Shown piece by piece: positions 6,605 to 10,701 of a DNA stretch of 10,701 nucleotides. The stretch lies in the sequence record NZ_CP027399.1, one strand, 5' to 3'. The notes under the pieces are model-generated. The model was given only the letters and a program-made list of their open reading frames with translations, ran no database searches and had not been told where the DNA came from. The stretch is from a plasmid. The number at the start of each line of letters is the position of its first letter. Position 1 is the stretch's first letter. Both the position numbers and the translations under genes were made by a program.

Positions 6605-6735
6605 TGCAAATTTTTCAAATTTGCAATTTTTACTGGAATTTATTAATTTCCAGTAAAAATAAAGGGGTCAAGGGGCTCCCTTGCACGTTAAATGTCAAGG
6701 TAAAACGGCTTGCGTTTCCTTGCATTATAACGTGC
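6605..6735. other. GC-rich, highly structured non-coding island (four consecutive stem-loops) upstream of mob; candidate oriT, alternatively a structured ncRNA
   Basis: Hairpin 1: tgcaaattt-ttc-aaatttgca (6605-6625). Hairpin 2: tttactggaa-tttattaat-ttccagtaaa (6629-6657). Hairpin 3: caaggg-gct-cccttg (6669-6683). Hairpin 4: gcacgtta...taacgtgc (6683-6690 / 6728-6735), enclosing nested pairs caagg/ccttg and aaacg/cgttt. G+C here is far above the window average. MobV oriTs typically lie immediately upstream of mob and contain several overlapping inverted repeats. Confidence 0.35.
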
Positions 6736-6763
6736 TATAATACAATATGATAAGAATTTTTAA

Positions 6764-6789
6764 AAAGGGAAAAATATTCCCTTTATTTT
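6764..6789 (-). terminator. Hairpin with flanking T-runs downstream of the ABC operon (probably works in both directions)
   Basis: aaagggaa-tattt-ttcccttt. Core GGGAA/UUCCC, followed by UUUUUAAAAA in the minus orientation and UUUAUUUUA in the plus orientation. It lies about 45 nt beyond the stop (6830) of the last permease gene. Confidence 0.4.
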
Positions 6790-6829
6790 ATATTCATTAT
6801 TTATAAGTTTAATTACCTAAAGAAATATA

Positions 6830-7630
6830 CTAAGTACCTGAACTCGAATACTTCTTTAATACATTATTCCAAATTAATACTACTATTATAAAATATAATA
6901 TTGTAATAAAAACTGAAATTAAAAATACAATTATCAAATTTTGATTACCATCTTTTAAATTTATGTATGCTGGTATATAACCGATCCATGCAACCGGAAT
7001 AATTGTTTTAAATAAAATAGAAATTACAGGATTAAAAATATTTATTGGATATTTAGAAAATTCATATATTATATATGGTAAATCTGAAAAATTAGATGAC
7101 CCCAAAAATATAATTGAAAACAATGACCCTATTACTGATATGCCTGAAAACACTAATCCCCCTAATAAAGCTATTATAAATACTAAAATAATATTCAGTA
7201 TCGGTAAATTTAATTTAAATGATATATAGAAATATATAATAATACCAACTGCTAAATCTCCCCACGCATCTTCATCAAAGCCTTCCATAAAAATTAAAAA
7301 TAAAGGATTCAAAGGTTTTATAAGTAATATATCTAATTTACCATTTATTATATAATATGATATATTTAGAGTATTTATAAAAAAACATCTCCAGATTGAA
7401 AAACTAATTGTAACTATAGAATATAAATATATCATTTCATTAATATTCCAACCGTTTATTACATTAACAATATTATATATAAAAAATATCAAAAATAGAT
7501 TAGATATATTTTTTAAAAACATCGCAATTGAACCTAAATAAAAATCTATTCCATAAGATTTTAATTCTTTTATATTAATATATAAATATAAAAAAAATAG
7601 TTTTAAATATCTTTTCATTTTATCCTCCAT
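6830..7630 (-). CDS. ABC-2 family transporter permease (266 aa, polytopic membrane protein)
   Basis: Almost entirely hydrophobic, with about 6 predicted TM segments. Overlaps the upstream permease gene by 11 nt. Last gene of the operon with the ABC ATPase. Confidence 0.65.
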   Translation of the reverse strand: MEDKMKRYLKLFFLYLYINIKELKSYGIDFYLGSIAMFLKNISNLFLIFFIYNIVNVINGWNINEMIYLYSIVTISFSIWRCFFINTLNISYYIINGKLDILLIKPLNPLFLIFMEGFDEDAWGDLAVGIIIYFYISFKLNLPILNIILVFIIALLGGLVFSGISVIGSLFSIIFLGSSNFSDLPYIIYEFSKYPINIFNPVISILFKTIIPVAWIGYIPAYINLKDGNQNLIIVFLISVFITILYFIIVVLIWNNVLKKYSSSGT

Positions 7631-8384
7631 TTATACTAATTTTCTTTAAACATAATTTAAAAATAGATTTATATACACAAAATAAAATCAATACAAAAAA
7701 AGTTTGAAAAAATAATATCTTTAAAAAATTTTTTTCATATAATATAAAATCTGCTATCTTTCCATATATATATACAAAAGGATTATAATCTAACATTTTC
7801 TTTGACCATTCTGGATAATATTCTATGGGGAAAAATGACCCTGAAAGTATAAGCATAAATATAGACTTTAAAGATTCAATTCCCCAGATACTTTGTGTAA
7901 AAAAAGAGAATGTCCCTAAAATTAATTCTATAACAAAATTAAGTACATATGAACCTATTATTATAATAATTAACTTAAATATAAAAAATATATTAAATTT
8001 CCCAATCAAAAACAAAGCTATTAATATATTAGGAATTAAAATCGCTAAAACTTTAGCAATAGTATTTCCTAATATATCAAAAAAATAATATTTTTCTACA
8101 GTAATTGGTTTTGTTAATATCCCTACTATATTACCATTTTTTACATCATAACTCATATATTGAGATAAATTGAAATTAACACTATTAACAGATCTAATAA
8201 TTATAAAATAAACTAATATATTTTTTATATCAATATTTATTGAGCTATTTTCTTTTATCGATAGCCATAAACTATATTGTAAAAATATATAAATATAATT
8301 TTTTATAATTAAAGTTGTTATTAAGCCTTTATATGATAATATTTTTTTTCCCCCTATTTTAATTAACTCTATATATTTATCCAT
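7620..8384 (-). CDS. ABC-2 family transporter permease (254 aa, polytopic membrane protein)
   Basis: Hydrophobic, with about 6 TM segments. ATG at 8384 overlaps the ATPase gene by 8 nt, indicating translational coupling. Confidence 0.65.
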   Translation of the reverse strand: MDKYIELIKIGGKKILSYKGLITTLIIKNYIYIFLQYSLWLSIKENSSINIDIKNILVYFIIIRSVNSVNFNLSQYMSYDVKNGNIVGILTKPITVEKYYFFDILGNTIAKVLAILIPNILIALFLIGKFNIFFIFKLIIIIIGSYVLNFVIELILGTFSFFTQSIWGIESLKSIFMLILSGSFFPIEYYPEWSKKMLDYNPFVYIYGKIADFILYEKNFLKILFFQTFFVLILFCVYKSIFKLCLKKISINGG

Positions 8385-9321
8385 TAGAAACTTCCTTTAA
8401 TATTTTTTCTAAATTATTTTCTTTAATTTCAAAATAATCAATCAAATTATTCAAGTAAATATAATCTAAGAAATTTTTTAATTCATCTTTTCTTATAAAT
8501 TCAAAATTATATTCATACTCATTTGTTTTACTTATTTTTACTTCTCTAAATTTTAAACTATCATACTTAAGTGGACTTTTAAGATAAATTTTTATACTTA
8601 AATATTCAATATCATTTAAAATATCATCTTTATTTTTATCCAATACAATTTCACCTTTATTTAAAATTATTATTCTATCTGAAATTTCATAAACTTCATT
8701 TAAATTATGTGAAGTATATATTATTGTTGTATCTTTTTTTAATTCTTCTATTAATTTTAAAATTTTATTTTTACTTAATATATCTACACCAATAGTTGCT
8801 TCATCTAAAATTAATAATTCAGGAGAATGTAATAATGCCGATAATAAATCTGCTCTCATTTTTTGTCCTAAACTTAAAGTCCTAACAGGCCTATCGATAA
8901 AAGAATTTAATTCTAATATTTCAGAATACTTATTTAATAAAGTTTCAAATTTTTCGCCAGGTATATCATATAAAGCTTTATTCAATTTATAAGAATCTAA
9001 GGGAGATAAATCCCATCTTAATTGTGTTTTCTGTCCAAAAATAACACCAATGTTATATAAATTTTCAATTCTATTTTCAAAAGGTTCTTTATCAAAAACT
9101 TTTATTTCTCCTTCGGTTGGAACAAGTATTCCTAAAATAATTTTTATTAAAGTAGATTTACCTGCCCCATTTAAACCTATAAGTCCTACTGTTTGTCCTT
9201 TATAAATTTCTAAATTTATATTTTTTAAAGCTTGTATTGTTTTAATCTCACTTCTAGAAAAAAATCCTTTTTTTATTTTATAAACCTTATTTAAATTATT
9301 TATACTTATAATTTTCTCCAT
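8377..9321 (-). CDS. ABC transporter ATP-binding protein (314 aa) with a ~90-aa C-terminal extension
   Basis: Walker A GLNGAGKST. Q-loop FGQKTQL. ABC signature LSLGQKMRADL. Walker B LLILDEAT. H-loop YTSHNL. ATG at 9321 directly abuts the TAA of the upstream peptidase gene (TAAATG), with RBS GAAGGA upstream. Confidence 0.9.
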   Translation of the reverse strand: MEKIISINNLNKVYKIKKGFFSRSEIKTIQALKNINLEIYKGQTVGLIGLNGAGKSTLIKIILGILVPTEGEIKVFDKEPFENRIENLYNIGVIFGQKTQLRWDLSPLDSYKLNKALYDIPGEKFETLLNKYSEILELNSFIDRPVRTLSLGQKMRADLLSALLHSPELLILDEATIGVDILSKNKILKLIEELKKDTTIIYTSHNLNEVYEISDRIIILNKGEIVLDKNKDDILNDIEYLSIKIYLKSPLKYDSLKFREVKISKTNEYEYNFEFIRKDELKNFLDYIYLNNLIDYFEIKENNLEKILKEVSNG

Positions 9322-10701
9322 TTATTTTCCTTCTTTGTAAATTTTTTTTATAATTTCAAACATTCTGCTACTTCTAGCTTTTAAATTAGAATTATGTGTT
9401 CCTTCATCCCAAAAAAATCTGAAATTTTTAGATTGAAAAGAATTTTCTAATATATTTCTTTTATTAATAATTTCATCATTATAACCAAGTATAAAATATA
9501 AATTCTTGTTCAAGTTTAAATTTAAAATATTATTTAAATTTATATCTCTAAAATCTTTATTTGAAAATCTTTTATAAAACCATTTATTATAACTTGTTGG
9601 TATACTCTCTATATGATTATTTAAATCAAGTAATGGATTTATTAAAATTTTATTTTTAATTTGGGAATTTTCTATTAATAATGATACTGTCCCCCCAAAG
9701 CTTCCACCTATTAGTATTTTTTTAGTTTTATCTTCTTCTAATAATTTATTTAATGATTTATTTAAAACATTCTTCCAATCATTATATGGTAATTTCCTAT
9801 ATTCACTTCCAAATGAAATTGAACCTGGATAATTAAATATTATAATTTTTATTGGAAATTCCTTTAAAAGCTTATAGTATAATCCACCATAATTATTTGA
9901 AAGTAATTCAAAACTCTCAGGGCCACCATGACATGATATTAAAGTTATTTCTTCTTCTTTATTTAAATCTTTAAAAATAGAAATATACTTTAAATTTTCA
10001 CTATAATATTCTTTTATTTTTATTCTATCTTTATATATATATTTTCTCAAAATTATATTATTTCTATAATTTGATGATTTATTTATTATTATCTCTCCAA
10101 ACAATAGTGAATCGATTTTATAAATTAATTTATTATCTATAAAATTATAAAGATTAACTTTACCTTTTAATTCATTAATTATTAATTTCTCACTTAAATT
10201 TAAAAGATCAATATGGATACAAAAAGTCATGCCGCTAAATACATATTTAATAAAAATATTATTATTAAAACTCAATATATCTGATATAACTCCCAATATT
10301 TTATTTGATTTTATATTTTTTTTTAGTTTAATTATTTTTATGATAAAATAATCTATAAATTTTTCTACAATTATAAAAATTTGATTATATATTCCAATAT
10401 AATAATATAATTTATCTAACAAATTAGACTCATAATTATTATTTTCATTTTTAAGTATGTATATTCGTTTAACTAAATCTATATATTTAAAATCATATTC
10501 TTTATTAGATATTAACTTTTTAAATAATTTATTTTTAAATCTCAATTTTGAACCTATAATTAAGTACTTATTAATAGGTTCTAAAAATAATATTAATTCA
10601 TTATTTTCATTAATAAATATATTCGAAATTTCCAACCTTTCTTTATAATATCGATTAAGATTATAAAGTTTTATTTGTATTTTAAAATGAAAATTTATTT
10701 T
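9322..10701 (-). CDS. S9 (prolyl oligopeptidase / dipeptidyl-aminopeptidase family) alpha/beta-hydrolase serine peptidase; 5' end outside the window (partial)
   Basis: The C-terminal half carries the S9 hallmarks. Oxyanion-hole motif CHGGPES. Nucleophile elbow IGGSFGG (GxSxG). Catalytic Asp candidate GYNDEI. Catalytic His candidate DEGTHN. The first codon of the ORF-track start (10635) is TTG, with no usable RBS spacing. The same frame stays open with no stop through 10636-10701 (...KINFHFKIQIKLYNLNRYYKER-L-EISN...), so the gene very probably continues past the window edge. Canonical S9 enzymes carry a ~400-aa N-terminal beta-propeller that would not fit in 437 aa. Confidence 0.6.
   Translation of the reverse strand, partial: KINFHFKIQIKLYNLNRYYKERLEISNIFINENNELILFLEPINKYLIIGSKLRFKNKLFKKLISNKEYDFKYIDLVKRIYILKNENNNYESNLLDKLYYYIGIYNQIFIIVEKFIDYFIIKIIKLKKNIKSNKILGVISDILSFNNNIFIKYVFSGMTFCIHIDLLNLSEKLIINELKGKVNLYNFIDNKLIYKIDSLLFGEIIINKSSNYRNNIILRKYIYKDRIKIKEYYSENLKYISIFKDLNKEEEITLISCHGGPESFELLSNNYGGLYYKLLKEFPIKIIIFNYPGSISFGSEYRKLPYNDWKNVLNKSLNKLLEEDKTKKILIGGSFGGTVSLLIENSQIKNKILINPLLDLNNHIESIPTSYNKWFYKRFSNKDFRDINLNNILNLNLNKNLYFILGYNDEIINKRNILENSFQSKNFRFFWDEGTHNSNLKARSSRMFEIIKKIYKEGK

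Noticed and set aside
6462-6656. 64-aa plus-strand ORF
   Set aside because: No RBS. It spans the hairpin-rich putative oriT region, so it is more likely non-coding.
6661-6745. tRNA or other known RNA gene in the GC-rich island
   Set aside because: No cloverleaf can be drawn. No T-loop GTTCRANYC-like motif or acceptor-stem/CCA geometry. The structure is a series of simple hairpins.
7825-8088. 87-aa plus-strand ORF inside the permease gene
   Set aside because: Antisense to a strongly supported membrane-protein CDS. No RBS.
10457-10648. 63-aa plus-strand ORF
   Set aside because: Antisense shadow of the peptidase gene. Low complexity.
1-10701. CRISPR arrays, IS elements, integrase or recombinase genes
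   Set aside because: No regularly spaced repeats, no terminal inverted repeats flanking an ORF, and no ORF with transposase or tyrosine/serine recombinase motifs were seen.

Overview
Very AT-rich window (roughly 20-25% G+C by eye), gene-dense, with every long ORF on the minus strand. The gene content reads like the backbone of a small mobilizable plasmid, or a mobilizable element, from a low-GC host (Firmicutes- or Fusobacterium-like codon usage, GGAG-type RBSs, standard genetic code). Backbone: a replication initiator combining a primase-polymerase (archaeo-eukaryotic primase family) domain with a primase C-terminal (PriCT-1-like) motif (2502-3938); a cluster of 12-bp iterons plus a TTGACA palindrome immediately downstream of that gene (2439-2497); an excisionase-like HTH protein with a coiled-coil tail (1971-2426); and a MobV/Mob_Pre-family relaxase (4498-6420). 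Upstream of the relaxase gene lies a GC-rich stretch of four consecutive hairpins (6605-6735), which is a candidate oriT. Cargo, in three parts. First, a self-contained promoter-RBS-29 aa peptide-terminator unit sits directly upstream of a ~500 aa TPR protein. This is a candidate peptide/TPR-receptor pair. Second, a 30-aa hydrophobic peptide gene on the plus strand (4256-4348) has its own promoter signals and flanking terminators. Third, a tightly coupled operon encodes an S9 (prolyl-oligopeptidase family) serine peptidase, an ABC ATPase and two ABC-2 permeases (6830-10701). The peptidase reading frame is still open at the window edge, so its 5' end lies outside the window. No rRNA, tRNA, CRISPR array, transposase or integrase was recognised.
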